Shown: positions 8,116 to 16,734 of the stretch, piece after piece
How positions within the stretch are numbered: position 1 is the first letter of the stretch
Layout of the letters: every line of letters starts with the position of its first letter
Notes under the pieces: generated by a model
What the model saw: only the letters and a program-made list of their open reading frames with translations
The model's database searches: none
What the model was told of the DNA's origin: nothing
Source of the DNA: an uncultured bacterium
GTDB taxonomy: Bacteria; Edwardsbacteria; CAYGWX01
Direction: 5' to 3'
Assembly (NCBI GenBank): GCA_964353855.1
Contig: CAYGWX010000005.1
Span: forward strand, 7,120 to 71,119
Length of the DNA: 64,000 nt
Made by a program: the position numbers and the translations under genes

Positions 8116-11100
8116 ATGACTTCCGAGACCGAAACCATCGGACTCCCCAGTGAGGAAAAGGACCTGGCCTCCCTGGTCGGCAAGCGGGTCATCGAGGATA
8201 TGCTCGCGGCCATCATCGGTTATCTGCCGACCCGGGCTGCCCTGTTCGATCCCCAGGGCCGGGCTCTCGTCGAGCTCTCTCCCTGTGACTATTGCCAGGC
8301 CCTGAAAGAACGGGACGGTTCCCCGGTGTGCACCGGGTTTTACTCGTCCTTCGTACAGGATACCGCACGGACCCAGACCCCACTGGAGCGGTCTTGCCCC
8401 GGAGGCTGCCTGATGCACTCCGAGCCCGTTCTGTTCGGCGGCCACACCCTGGGCGTCCTCCTGCTCCGTCTCTCGGCTCCCCCCACGGATCCGGCCGCGC
8501 TTGCGCCCATCGCCGATGCGTTCTCTCTTCCCAGTGAGGTTTTGCTCCAAAAGGCAGGCCGGGTCCCGAACTTCCCCGAGCCTCTCGTGCTGGCTGCCCG
8601 GGACCATCTCGCTCAAACCGCACGCTTAATCCCCGAACTCTACCGGGCTGTGCTGGCCGAACGCAAGGCGCGGGAACTGGCCGCCATCCAGGCCATCGTC
8701 GCCACGGTCAGCCAGGCCAAGGACGCCAAGAGCCTGGCCAAGCGCGCCATGGAGACGATCCTGGAGCTCCTGCATCTGGAGATCGGGGGCCTCGCTTTCT
8801 ACGATTCCCAAAAGGGCGAATTGGTCACCGCCGCGATCATCGGACTTCCCCCGGAGTTGGCGGTCCATTATGCCCGGATTTCCCTCAAGACGGGTTCCGG
8901 CATCGCAGCCCAGGTCGCCAAGACCCACCAGCCTATTTTGGTGACGGATGTCTCCCAGCCTTCCTTCACGGTGGGCAATTCCCAGGAAGTGATCAAGCAG
9001 CTCCGCATCTCCTCCCTGGTGATCATGCCGCTCCTCGTAGCCGGGGAGTTCGTCGGCGGCATCGAGGTCGCGGCCCAGGGCGAGCGGCGCTTTACCCAGG
9101 AAGATCTCGACCTCATTTCCTCGGTCGCCACTCCCCTCGGCGTGGGCCTGAGGCGCCTCCGCCTGCAAGAGGACCTCCAGACCCGGAACCAGGAACTCCT
9201 GGCTTTGAACTCCATCACGGCCAGCATCAGCCGCTCCCTGAACCTCGAGGCCATCCTCCACGATTCCCTGGACAACATCATCGAGCTCTTCCAGGCCCAG
9301 GGCGGGACGCTTTATCTCGTGGACGAGGCCGGGGAACGCCTCATCCTCTCCGCCTCCCGCAATGCGCCGGACTGGTACCTGACGATGGCCGGGACCCTCC
9401 CCTTCGGCGCGGGCCTCGGCGGTAAGACCGCCAAGGCGGGCGGCCCACCCCGCGTCGGGAACATGGCCGACCTCTACCAGGACTATCCCGACATCCTCCG
9501 CCGCATGGAGGAGACCTACGGCAAAGGGGGGGAGACCCTCTATGTCGCGGCTCCCCTGCTCTCCCGGGACCGCGTCCTCGGGGTCATGCATCTCGTGTTT
9601 CGCGGGCCCCGGGAGTTCCGCCCCGAGGAGCTCGGCCTTCTCGGCTCCATCGGGAACCAGATCGGCCCGGCCATCGAGAACGCCCGGCTTTACGAATCCG
9701 AGCACCGCCGCCGGGCCCAGCTCGCCGGGCTCTCCGAGATCGTCCGGGCCCTTTCCGCGGAGCACGATCTCGGGACCCTGCTCAAGATGATCGTGACCCG
9801 CGCCGCCGAGGTCATGCACGCCCAGGCCACCAGCCTGATGATGTGGGACGAGGAGGAAGAGCATCTCCTCATCCGGGCCAGCCAGGGCCTCAGCCCGAGA
9901 TACGCTTCCGAATACCGCATTCCCCGGGAACGGACCCTGAATCTGGAGACCTCCCCCGACGGAAGGTTCGTTCCGATCATTCTCGCTGAACTCGCCGAAC
10001 AGCCCTTTGGAAAAATGGAGTTTAACAGGGAAGAAGGCCTCTGTTCGTTATTGACCATCCCCCTCGCCGGGTCCAGGACCCCAATCCATCGGGGAAGGAG
10101 GGCCGGGCTCTCCGGGCTCCTGAACATCTACAGCAAGGGCGAGCCCCGGGAGTTCCGTCCCGAAGAGGTGGAGCTGGCCGCCATCTTCGCCGACCAGGCC
10201 GCCGTGGCCCTGGACAATGCCCGCCTCCTCGCCGAGCGCGAGCGTCGCATCGCCCAGCTCGGGGTCCTGAACCAGATCAGCCAGGCGATCAGCGCCACCC
10301 TGCGCTTCGACCAGCTTCTGGATTTGATCTACTGGCAGGTCAGCCGAGTCATGGATACGGCCAACTTCTACATCGCCCTGGCCTATCCGGAGAAGAACCT
10401 CCTGACCTTCGAATATTTCGTCGAGGACCGCAAGCGTTCGGAGCGCCAGAGCCGGCAGATGGCCAACGGCCTGACCGAACACATCCTGCGCAGCCGGAAA
10501 CCCTTGCTCATCTCCGGAAACATCGCCGCAGCCTGCCAGGACCTCGGGGTCGAGCTGATGGGTCGCCTGTCTCAATCTTATCTCGGGGTTCCGATGACGA
10601 TCGGCGAGACCATCATCGGGGTCATTGCGGTGCAGAGCTATACCCGTGAAGATGCTTACGGCACGGACGACCAGGAGCTCCTGGCCACCATCGCCCACCA
10701 GGCCGCCATCGCCGTGGAGAACGCCCGGCTCTACGAGTCCACGAGCCAGCGCATGAAGGAGATCGGCATCCTCTATCGCATCGCCCAGAGCCTCTCCACC
10801 TCCCTGGACCTGGACAGCCTGCTGGCGAGCTTCCTCGAGGTCCTGAACCAGGAGCTCGGATACCGCTGGGCCATCCTGCTCCTGGTGGACAGGGAGAAGA
10901 ATGAGCTGTTCATCCGGGCCTGCCCTCCGGATTATCCCCAGGAGGTCCAGGAGAAGGTCCGGTTCAAAATCGGGGCCGAGGGGATCTCGGGGCACGTGGC
11001 CCTGACCGGCGAGCCCGTGGTCCTTTCCGACGTCACCCGGGATCCGCGCTATGCCCCCGGACTGATCCAGGCGCGCTCCGAGATCGCGGTTCCGCTGAAG

Positions 11101-12846
11101 ATCGGGGGGGAGGTCATCGGAGTCCTGGACATCGAGGACCCGGCTCCCGGAGCCTTCGGGGACCGCGACCTCCGCCTGCTCACCTCCCTCGCCGCCCAGG
11201 TGGCCATCGCCATCGAGAACGCCCGGCTCTACCAGGCCACCTCGGAGCGCGCCAAGGAGCTGGCCATCCTCTACGATATCGGGCGCAACCTTACCCTGAA
11301 CCTGGACCTGGATAGTCTCCTGGACCAGATTTTAGGCGCCATGCAGGAATCCTTCGGCTACCTGAACTGCGCCATCCTGCTCCTGGACAGGGAGAAGAAC
11401 GAGCTCTTCATCAAGGCGGCCCGGGGATACACCGAGGAGGTCATCCGGAACCGCCGCATCCGGATCGGGGAGGAGGGCATCACCGGCTGGGTCGCGGCCC
11501 GCGGGGAGCCCCTGAACGTCCCCGATGTGAGTCGGAACGGGCGCTACGTCGAGGGGGTGGTCTCCAGCCGCTCCGAGCTGGCCGTGCCCCTGCGCATCGG
11601 CCAGGAGGTGATCGGGGTCCTGGACGTGGAGAGCCAGGAGGTCGCCGCCTTCCAGGAGAAGGACCTGCGCATGCTCACCTCCTTCGCCGCCCAGGCCGCC
11701 ATCGCCATCGAGAACGCCCGGCTCTACGCCAACCTCGAGGAGCGGGTCAAGGAGCTGGACATCCTCTCCCTGATCACCGGTCGGATCAACGCCGGTATCT
11801 CCATCTCCGAGACCCTGGAGACCGTCGTGGACGAGATCCGCAAGGTCATCCCCTACGATACCGCCATCCTCTACTTCTCCGATTCCGGGGGGACGACGCT
11901 TCACCCCCAGATCGTGCGGTTGGCCTCGTCGGAATTCCCCCAGGATTACATCGACCGGCTCCGCACCTTTCCCGTGCCTTTCGGCAAGGGCCTGGTCGGG
12001 TGGTCGGCCCAGGAGAAGGAGCCCTTGAACTGCCCCAACGTCCTCCAGGACCCCCGGCGCCTTGACCTTCCCGAGACGCCCGCTCTTCTCTCGGTCCTGG
12101 CCGTTCCCTTCGTCGTGGAGCAGAAGACCATCGGGGCCCTGGCCCTGTCCCAGCTCGGAGAGCGGCGGTTCGCTTCCTCCGATCTCCGGCTCCTTCGGGT
12201 CCTGGCCGACGATTGCGCCATCGCCATCCACAAGGCCCGGCTCTTCGACGAGACCCAGCGTCTGGCCATCCTGGACGGCCTCACCGGCCTGGCCAACAGC
12301 CGGCACTTCTACAACGAGCTCAAGAAGGAGATGGAGCGCGCCGAGCGCTACAGCAAGCCTGTGTCCCTCATCCTCTTCGACATCGATGACTTCAAGAAGG
12401 TCAACGATTCCCTGGGCCACCAGGTCGGGGACAACCTGCTCCGCGAGATGGCTCAGATCCTGCCCACCCTCACGCGCAAGAGCGACCTCCTGGCCCGCTA
12501 CGGCGGGGAGGAGTTCGCCGTGTTGCTGCCCGAGACCAGCCGGGAGCACGCCCTGGCCACAGCCGAGCGCATCCGGGCCAAGGTGGAGGGCCATGTCTAC
12601 CCCGGCGTGGACCTTCCCCGGGGCCGGATGACGATCAGCCTGGGAGTCGCCACCTATCCCTACGATGCGGCCACCCACCGGGATTTCGTCCGCGCCGCGG
12701 ACATCGCCCTGTACGCCGCCAAGCGGGCCGGAAAGAACCGGGTCTTCTCCTATGAGACCTTGAGCCTCAAGCAGTCCCCCGCCCCCGGCGGGGCCGGGGG
12801 GGAGCCTGACACCGGCTACGAGTTCCGCGGCTCCCCGCCTGAATGA
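8116..12846 (+). CDS. Giant multidomain diguanylate cyclase: N-terminal Cys-containing sensor (PocR-like), about 7 GAF domains, C-terminal GGDEF
   Basis: GAF domains are delimited by recurring AIENARLYE linker helices (six ENARLY-type plus HKARLF). The C-terminus carries RYGGEEF (GGDEF A-site) with an upstream DxLT region, so the active-site motif is intact. Confidence 0.8.
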   Translation: MTSETETIGLPSEEKDLASLVGKRVIEDMLAAIIGYLPTRAALFDPQGRALVELSPCDYCQALKERDGSPVCTGFYSSFVQDTARTQTPLERSCPGGCLMHSEPVLFGGHTLGVLLLRLSAPPTDPAALAPIADAFSLPSEVLLQKAGRVPNFPEPLVLAARDHLAQTARLIPELYRAVLAERKARELAAIQAIVATVSQAKDAKSLAKRAMETILELLHLEIGGLAFYDSQKGELVTAAIIGLPPELAVHYARISLKTGSGIAAQVAKTHQPILVTDVSQPSFTVGNSQEVIKQLRISSLVIMPLLVAGEFVGGIEVAAQGERRFTQEDLDLISSVATPLGVGLRRLRLQEDLQTRNQELLALNSITASISRSLNLEAILHDSLDNIIELFQAQGGTLYLVDEAGERLILSASRNAPDWYLTMAGTLPFGAGLGGKTAKAGGPPRVGNMADLYQDYPDILRRMEETYGKGGETLYVAAPLLSRDRVLGVMHLVFRGPREFRPEELGLLGSIGNQIGPAIENARLYESEHRRRAQLAGLSEIVRALSAEHDLGTLLKMIVTRAAEVMHAQATSLMMWDEEEEHLLIRASQGLSPRYASEYRIPRERTLNLETSPDGRFVPIILAELAEQPFGKMEFNREEGLCSLLTIPLAGSRTPIHRGRRAGLSGLLNIYSKGEPREFRPEEVELAAIFADQAAVALDNARLLAERERRIAQLGVLNQISQAISATLRFDQLLDLIYWQVSRVMDTANFYIALAYPEKNLLTFEYFVEDRKRSERQSRQMANGLTEHILRSRKPLLISGNIAAACQDLGVELMGRLSQSYLGVPMTIGETIIGVIAVQSYTREDAYGTDDQELLATIAHQAAIAVENARLYESTSQRMKEIGILYRIAQSLSTSLDLDSLLASFLEVLNQELGYRWAILLLVDREKNELFIRACPPDYPQEVQEKVRFKIGAEGISGHVALTGEPVVLSDVTRDPRYAPGLIQARSEIAVPLKIGGEVIGVLDIEDPAPGAFGDRDLRLLTSLAAQVAIAIENARLYQATSERAKELAILYDIGRNLTLNLDLDSLLDQILGAMQESFGYLNCAILLLDREKNELFIKAARGYTEEVIRNRRIRIGEEGITGWVAARGEPLNVPDVSRNGRYVEGVVSSRSELAVPLRIGQEVIGVLDVESQEVAAFQEKDLRMLTSFAAQAAIAIENARLYANLEERVKELDILSLITGRINAGISISETLETVVDEIRKVIPYDTAILYFSDSGGTTLHPQIVRLASSEFPQDYIDRLRTFPVPFGKGLVGWSAQEKEPLNCPNVLQDPRRLDLPETPALLSVLAVPFVVEQKTIGALALSQLGERRFASSDLRLLRVLADDCAIAIHKARLFDETQRLAILDGLTGLANSRHFYNELKKEMERAERYSKPVSLILFDIDDFKKVNDSLGHQVGDNLLREMAQILPTLTRKSDLLARYGGEEFAVLLPETSREHALATAERIRAKVEGHVYPGVDLPRGRMTISLGVATYPYDAATHRDFVRAADIALYAAKRAGKNRVFSYETLSLKQSPAPGGAGGEPDTGYEFRGSPPE

Positions 12847-12895
12847 CATGTGAAAGGCCTTAACCCATTGTCCCAACTACGCTTGGGCATTAAAA

Positions 12896-13105
12896 CCACT
12901 CCCTGGAGTGGAGCTTCCACTCACCTGAGTGAAGCCGCCACTCACCTGAGTGAAGCCGTCGCTCCCCTGAGTGAAACCACCACTCACCTGAGTGAAGCCG
13001 CTACTCACCCCAGTGAAGCCGCCACTCACCTGAGTGAAGCCGTCACTCCCCGGAGCGGAGCCGTCACTCTTAGGAGTGGAGACATCACTCCCCCTGGTAT
13101 CGGGG
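12896..13105. repeat. Array of about 9-10 tandem 21-bp direct repeats (consensus CACTCACCTGAGTGAAGCCGC), each with a 7-2-7 inverted repeat TCACTCA-cc-TGAGTGA
   Basis: Read directly from 12896 to 13105. Units are contiguous with no spacers. The 21-bp period equals two helical turns. Sits between the DGC stop and the pilT start. Confidence 0.8.
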
Positions 13106-13161
13106 GGACCACCCCCTTGACCCTGAGGCCCTAAATCTGGTAAACTCTTAGCTAAATTACG

Positions 13162-14304
13162 ATGCCCGAAAACGACTTCACCCACGAATACGGCGAAGCG
13201 CCCCTGGTTTCGCTCGAGGCCCTGCCCATCGACCAGCTCCTCGAGGAGCTGGTCCTGCGCAACGCCTCGGACATCCACCTCCGGGTGGGCGAGCCCCCGG
13301 CCTACCGGGTGTTCGGCGAGCTCACCCGCTCCGAGCTGACCCCCCTCTCCGCCGACGAGCTCAAGAAGCTCCTCTACGCCGTGATGAACGAGGAGCGGCG
13401 CGAGCGCTTCGAGCGCACCTGCGAGCTGGACATGTCCTACGCCATCCAGGGCGTGGCCCGCTTCCGCATCTCGGTCTTCCGCCAGCGCGGGGAGATCGGC
13501 GCCGTGCTCCGGGTCATCCCGCTCAAGCTCAAGTCCATCGACGACTGGGGCCTGCCCCAGATCATCAAGCAGTTCGCCACCCTGCCCAGAGGGCTCATCC
13601 TGGTCACCGGGCCCACCGGCTCCGGCAAATCCACCACCCTCTCCGCCATGGTGGACTACATCAACGAGTCCCGCCGGAGCCACATCATCACCATCGAGGA
13701 CCCCCTGGAGTACGTGCACCACGACAAGCAGTCCGTGGTGGAGCAGCGCGAGATCGGGGTGGATACCCGTTCCTTCGCCTCGGCCCTGGCCCACGTCATG
13801 CGCCAGAATCCGGACGTCATCATGGTCGGCGAGCTCCGCGACCATGAGACCATGTCCCTGGCCATGTCCGCGGCCGAGACCGGGCATCTCGTCCTCTCCA
13901 CCCTGCACACCATGGACGCCTCCCAGACCGTGGGCCGGATCATCGACGCCTTCTCCCCTGAGGAGCAGACCCAGGTGAGGCTCCAGCTCTCCACCGTGCT
14001 CCAGGGCGTGGTCTCCCAGACCCTGCTCCGTCGGACCGACGGCCCGGGCCTGGTGGCCGCCTTCGAGATCATGACCTGTACCGGGGCCATCAAGAGCCTC
14101 ATCCGCGAGGGCAAGACCCCGCAGATATATTCCCTGATCCAGACCGGCAGCCGTTACGGCATGCAGACCCTGGACCAGTCTTTGAAGGAGCTTCTGTTCA
14201 AGGGCATCGTCTCGGCCGAGGATGCCCTGGCCCGCTCGGCCAACCCCCAGGAGTTCGAGGGCGCCATCAATGCCCTCCAGCCCCCCCGGGGCCCGGGGGG
14301 CTGA
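13162..14304 (+). CDS. pilT: Type IV pilus retraction ATPase PilT family
   Basis: Walker A GPTGSGKST, Asp box, Walker B DVIMVGELRD, His box, and the PilT signature AIKSLIREGK. Confidence 0.85.
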   Translation: MPENDFTHEYGEAPLVSLEALPIDQLLEELVLRNASDIHLRVGEPPAYRVFGELTRSELTPLSADELKKLLYAVMNEERRERFERTCELDMSYAIQGVARFRISVFRQRGEIGAVLRVIPLKLKSIDDWGLPQIIKQFATLPRGLILVTGPTGSGKSTTLSAMVDYINESRRSHIITIEDPLEYVHHDKQSVVEQREIGVDTRSFASALAHVMRQNPDVIMVGELRDHETMSLAMSAAETGHLVLSTLHTMDASQTVGRIIDAFSPEEQTQVRLQLSTVLQGVVSQTLLRRTDGPGLVAAFEIMTCTGAIKSLIREGKTPQIYSLIQTGSRYGMQTLDQSLKELLFKGIVSAEDALARSANPQEFEGAINALQPPRGPGG

Positions 14305-14309
14305 CGGGC

Positions 14310-14504
14310 TTGAAGGTTCGTGATATGATCAAGAGGATCGAGACGGATGGCTGGTTTTTAATAGCCACGAAAGGCAGCCACCGCCAATACAAGCATCCCA
14401 CGAAACTGGGACGGGTAACCATTGCCGGCCAGCCTAACCATGACTTGGCCGCCGGAACCTTGAACAGTATCCTGAAGCAGGCCCGACTGAAGGAGTTGAA
14501 CTAG
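14310..14504 (+). CDS. hicA: HicA-family mRNA interferase toxin
   Basis: 64 aa with a YcfA/HicA-like KGSHRQYKHP motif. 5 nt after the pilT stop. Local GC is about 52% against about 68% in flanking DNA. Confidence 0.75.
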   Translation: MKVRDMIKRIETDGWFLIATKGSHRQYKHPTKLGRVTIAGQPNHDLAAGTLNSILKQARLKELN

Positions 14505-14506
14505 CA

Positions 14507-14719
14507 ATGCACCGCTTCCTTATCGTCATCGAAAGGGCCGACGGGAACTATTCGGCCTATTCTCCGGATCTTCCGGGGTGCGCGGCCACCGGCGCGACCC
14601 GCGAAGAGGCCGAACGGAACATGCACGAGGCCATCGAGATGCACGTTCGGGGGCTTGAGGAGGACAAGCTTCCTGTGCCCGAGTCCAATTCCTTCGCCGA
14701 ATACTTAGCCATACCATAA
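14507..14719 (+). CDS. hicB: HicB-family antitoxin
   Basis: 70 aa with the UPF0150/HicB N-terminal fold signature (YSAYSPDLPGCAATGATREEA). 2 nt after hicA. Confidence 0.7.
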   Translation: MHRFLIVIERADGNYSAYSPDLPGCAATGATREEAERNMHEAIEMHVRGLEEDKLPVPESNSFAEYLAIP

Positions 14720-14802
14720 GGGCAGCTAACCAACGAACCGATGTTTCCGTCCACCCGTCTAAGCGTTCAACCGTCTAACTTTTGCAGGGTGGGTTGATCC
14801 CC

Positions 14803-15873
14803 ATGCAGATGCTGGACCTGCTCTACGCCACCTTCACCAAGAACGCCTCCGACCTCGTCCTGAAGGCCGGCAGCCCGCCCCTGGTCCGCATCCAGGGCGA
14901 GCTCATCCCCCTGGCCTATCCGCCCCTCACCGCGGACGAGACCCGCGCCCTGGTCCTCTCCATCCTCACCCGGGTCCAGGTGGAGAAGCTGGAGCGGGAC
15001 CTCGAGCTGGACATCGCCACCAGCCTGTCCAACCTCGCCCGCTTCCGGGTGAACGTCTTCCACCAGCAGGGAACCCTGGCCATGGTCGCCCGGGTGGTGA
15101 GGAGCAAGATCCCCAGCCTGGATGACCTCGGCCTCCCGCTCGCGGCCAAGGCCCTGGCCTTGAAATCCAGGGGCCTGGTCCTGGTGACCGGCCCGGCCGG
15201 GTGCGGCAAGTCCACGACCCTGGCGGCGCTCTTAGAGTTCCGCAACCAGACCCTGCCCTGCCACATCATGACCATCGAGGACCCCATCGAGTTCGTCTAC
15301 CTGGGCAAGAAGGCCCTGGTCAACCAGCGCGAGATCGGGGTGGACACCCTCTCCTACGCCGAGGCCCTGCGCAGTGTCCTGCGCCAGGACCCGGACGCCA
15401 TCATGGTCGGGGAGCTCCGCGACCGCGAGACCCTGGGCATGGCCCTGACCGCGGCCGAGACCGGGCATCTGGTCCTCTCCACGATGCACACCTCCTCGGC
15501 CGTGGAGACGATCGACCGCATGGTCGGCATCTTCCCGGCCCACCAGGAATCCCAGGTCCGCCTGCAGATCTCGGTGAACCTGGGCGGCATCATCTGTCAG
15601 CAGCTCCTCGCCCGGGCGGACGGCAAGGGCCGGCTCCCGGCCTATGAGATCCTGCTGGTCAACGCCGCCGTGCGTTCCCTGATCCGCGAGGGCAAGACGG
15701 CCCAGCTCCCCTCCGCCATCCAGACCGGGGCCAGGCTGGGCATGTCCACGATGAACGCCTACCTCGCCGAGCTCGTCAAGCGGGGCGTGGTGACCCTCGA
15801 GGAGGCCATGAAGAAGACCGAGACCCCGGAGGAGCTGAAGGGGATGGCCGGAAGCAAGCCTTCGGCTTCCTAA
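14803..15873 (+). CDS. Second PilT/PilU-family ATPase paralog
   Basis: Walker A GPAGCGKST, DAIMVGELRD, and AVRSLIREGK. Start moved to the ATG at 14803 (MQMLDLLY); the track begins at a TTG at 14782. Confidence 0.8.
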   Translation: MQMLDLLYATFTKNASDLVLKAGSPPLVRIQGELIPLAYPPLTADETRALVLSILTRVQVEKLERDLELDIATSLSNLARFRVNVFHQQGTLAMVARVVRSKIPSLDDLGLPLAAKALALKSRGLVLVTGPAGCGKSTTLAALLEFRNQTLPCHIMTIEDPIEFVYLGKKALVNQREIGVDTLSYAEALRSVLRQDPDAIMVGELRDRETLGMALTAAETGHLVLSTMHTSSAVETIDRMVGIFPAHQESQVRLQISVNLGGIICQQLLARADGKGRLPAYEILLVNAAVRSLIREGKTAQLPSAIQTGARLGMSTMNAYLAELVKRGVVTLEEAMKKTETPEELKGMAGSKPSAS

Positions 15874-15900
15874 AGAAAAGGATAATCCGCCAAAAGAAGA

Positions 15901-15928
15901 GGGCCGCCCAATGGGCGGCCCTTTAATT
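15901..15928. terminator. Bidirectional rho-independent terminator between convergent pilT paralog and antitoxin
   Basis: GGGCCGCCC-aat-GGGCGGCCC stem-loop followed by TTTAATT on the plus strand and a T-rich run (CTCTTCTTTTG) on the minus strand. Confidence 0.6.
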
Positions 15929-15952
15929 GCGGGGTGGGCTCAAGGTCTATTT

Positions 15953-16189
15953 TCAGGAGCTGCGTTTCCGGGGTCCGAGGCCGTGCTTCGCTCGCCCGGA
16001 CAGTCGCCGTTTGATCTCGGCCAACCCGATCGTCGCGGCCTTGCCTTCCCTTTCCTTGGCCTGGCGCAGACAGCGCAGGTCCTCGTAATCCTCCAGCTCC
16101 TCCCGGAGCCTTAGGAATTGAGCATAGGGAAGAACGGCAAAGGCCTTTCTCCCGTTTTTTTCGATGATCTGGGCTTCCATATGGCTCAT
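15953..16189 (-). CDS. Type II antitoxin (Phd/YefM or RelB-like) partner of the upstream RelE-type toxin
   Basis: 78 aa, acidic/basic with a predicted N-terminal beta-strand then helices (KNGRKAFAVLPYAQFLRLREELED). 9 nt downstream of the toxin gene. Local GC is about 50%. Confidence 0.55.
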   Translation of the reverse strand: MSHMEAQIIEKNGRKAFAVLPYAQFLRLREELEDYEDLRCLRQAKEREGKAATIGLAEIKRRLSGRAKHGLGPRKRSS

Positions 16190-16198
16190 GGCTTCTCC

Positions 16199-16447
16199 CT
16201 ATCGGTAGGCTTCTCTGCGGTGGCGGATGCGATAGACGATGATCGTTCTCCCGTCCACTTCGAACAGCACGCGGTATGCGCCGACTCGCATGCGGTATTC
16301 CGGAGTGAAGTTCGTGAGGTGCTTCACGTCTCCCCGCAGGTCTTTTAGCATGGTTTCGATCTTTTCCAGGATACGGCTCTGCGCCCGGGTCGAAAGACGC
16401 TCCAGATCCTTGACGGCTCCGGGCTTGAACCGGACCTCGTAGGCCAT
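16199..16447 (-). CDS. RelE/ParE-family toxin
   Basis: 82 aa ending ...RTIIVYRIRHRREAYR, the typical RelE/ParE C-terminus. Toxin-first gene order as in higBA. Confidence 0.7.
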   Translation of the reverse strand: MAYEVRFKPGAVKDLERLSTRAQSRILEKIETMLKDLRGDVKHLTNFTPEYRMRVGAYRVLFEVDGRTIIVYRIRHRREAYR

Positions 16448-16601
16448 GTCTTCCCCGTATTATGGGATGGGTTCTGTTGCCGGGCTGACCGCGGACATCA
16501 TCTTGCTCGTCATCCTGAACTTGGTTCAGGATCTCGTCGTTTCTTATCTCACCTAAGAGGATTATACTCGAAACCGGGCTGAAAATCAAGGGGCTCCCCA
16601 A

Positions 16602-16734
16602 AAAGGAGGCGATGAAGAAGACCGAGACCCCGGAGGAGCTGAAGGGGATGGCTGGCACCCATCCCGCGCCCTCATAGCCGCCCCCCGGCGCAATCTAAGG
16701 ATAAAGTAAAAAGGGCCGCCCAAAAGGGCGGCCC
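16602..16734 (+). pseudogene. Relic copy of the pilT-paralog 3' coding end plus its terminator hairpin (insertion scar)
   Basis: A 41-bp run (atgaagaagaccgagaccccggaggagctgaaggggatggc) is identical to 15809-15849. It is followed by ctaaggataaag and GGGCCGCCC-aaaa-GGGCGGCCC, mirroring 15873-15921. Confidence 0.7.

Noticed and set aside
8626-12876. Long minus-strand ORFs (8626-9864, 10048-10995, 11332-12876) antisense to the GGDEF giant. The same pattern occurs at 52257-54098 antisense to ileS, 43332-44504 antisense to glyA, and 733-1842 antisense to the response regulators.
   Set aside because: These are stop-codon-poor antisense frames typical of 65-70% GC DNA. Their products are low-complexity (R/G/P/A-rich), and the opposite strand encodes recognisable conserved proteins.
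12896-13105. Possible CRISPR array.
   Set aside because: The repeats are contiguous with no unique spacers, the unit is 21 bp, and there are no cas genes.
12850-13134. 94-aa ORF encoding THLSEAA repeats.
   Set aside because: It is simply the translation of the 21-bp palindromic DNA repeats. There is no RBS, and it starts at a GTG 4 nt after the upstream stop. I treated it as a non-coding repeat array.
15870-16658. 262-aa minus-strand ORF spanning the TA cassette.
   Set aside because: It overlaps both the toxin and antitoxin genes in another frame. It is low-complexity (R/P/G-rich) and an artefact.
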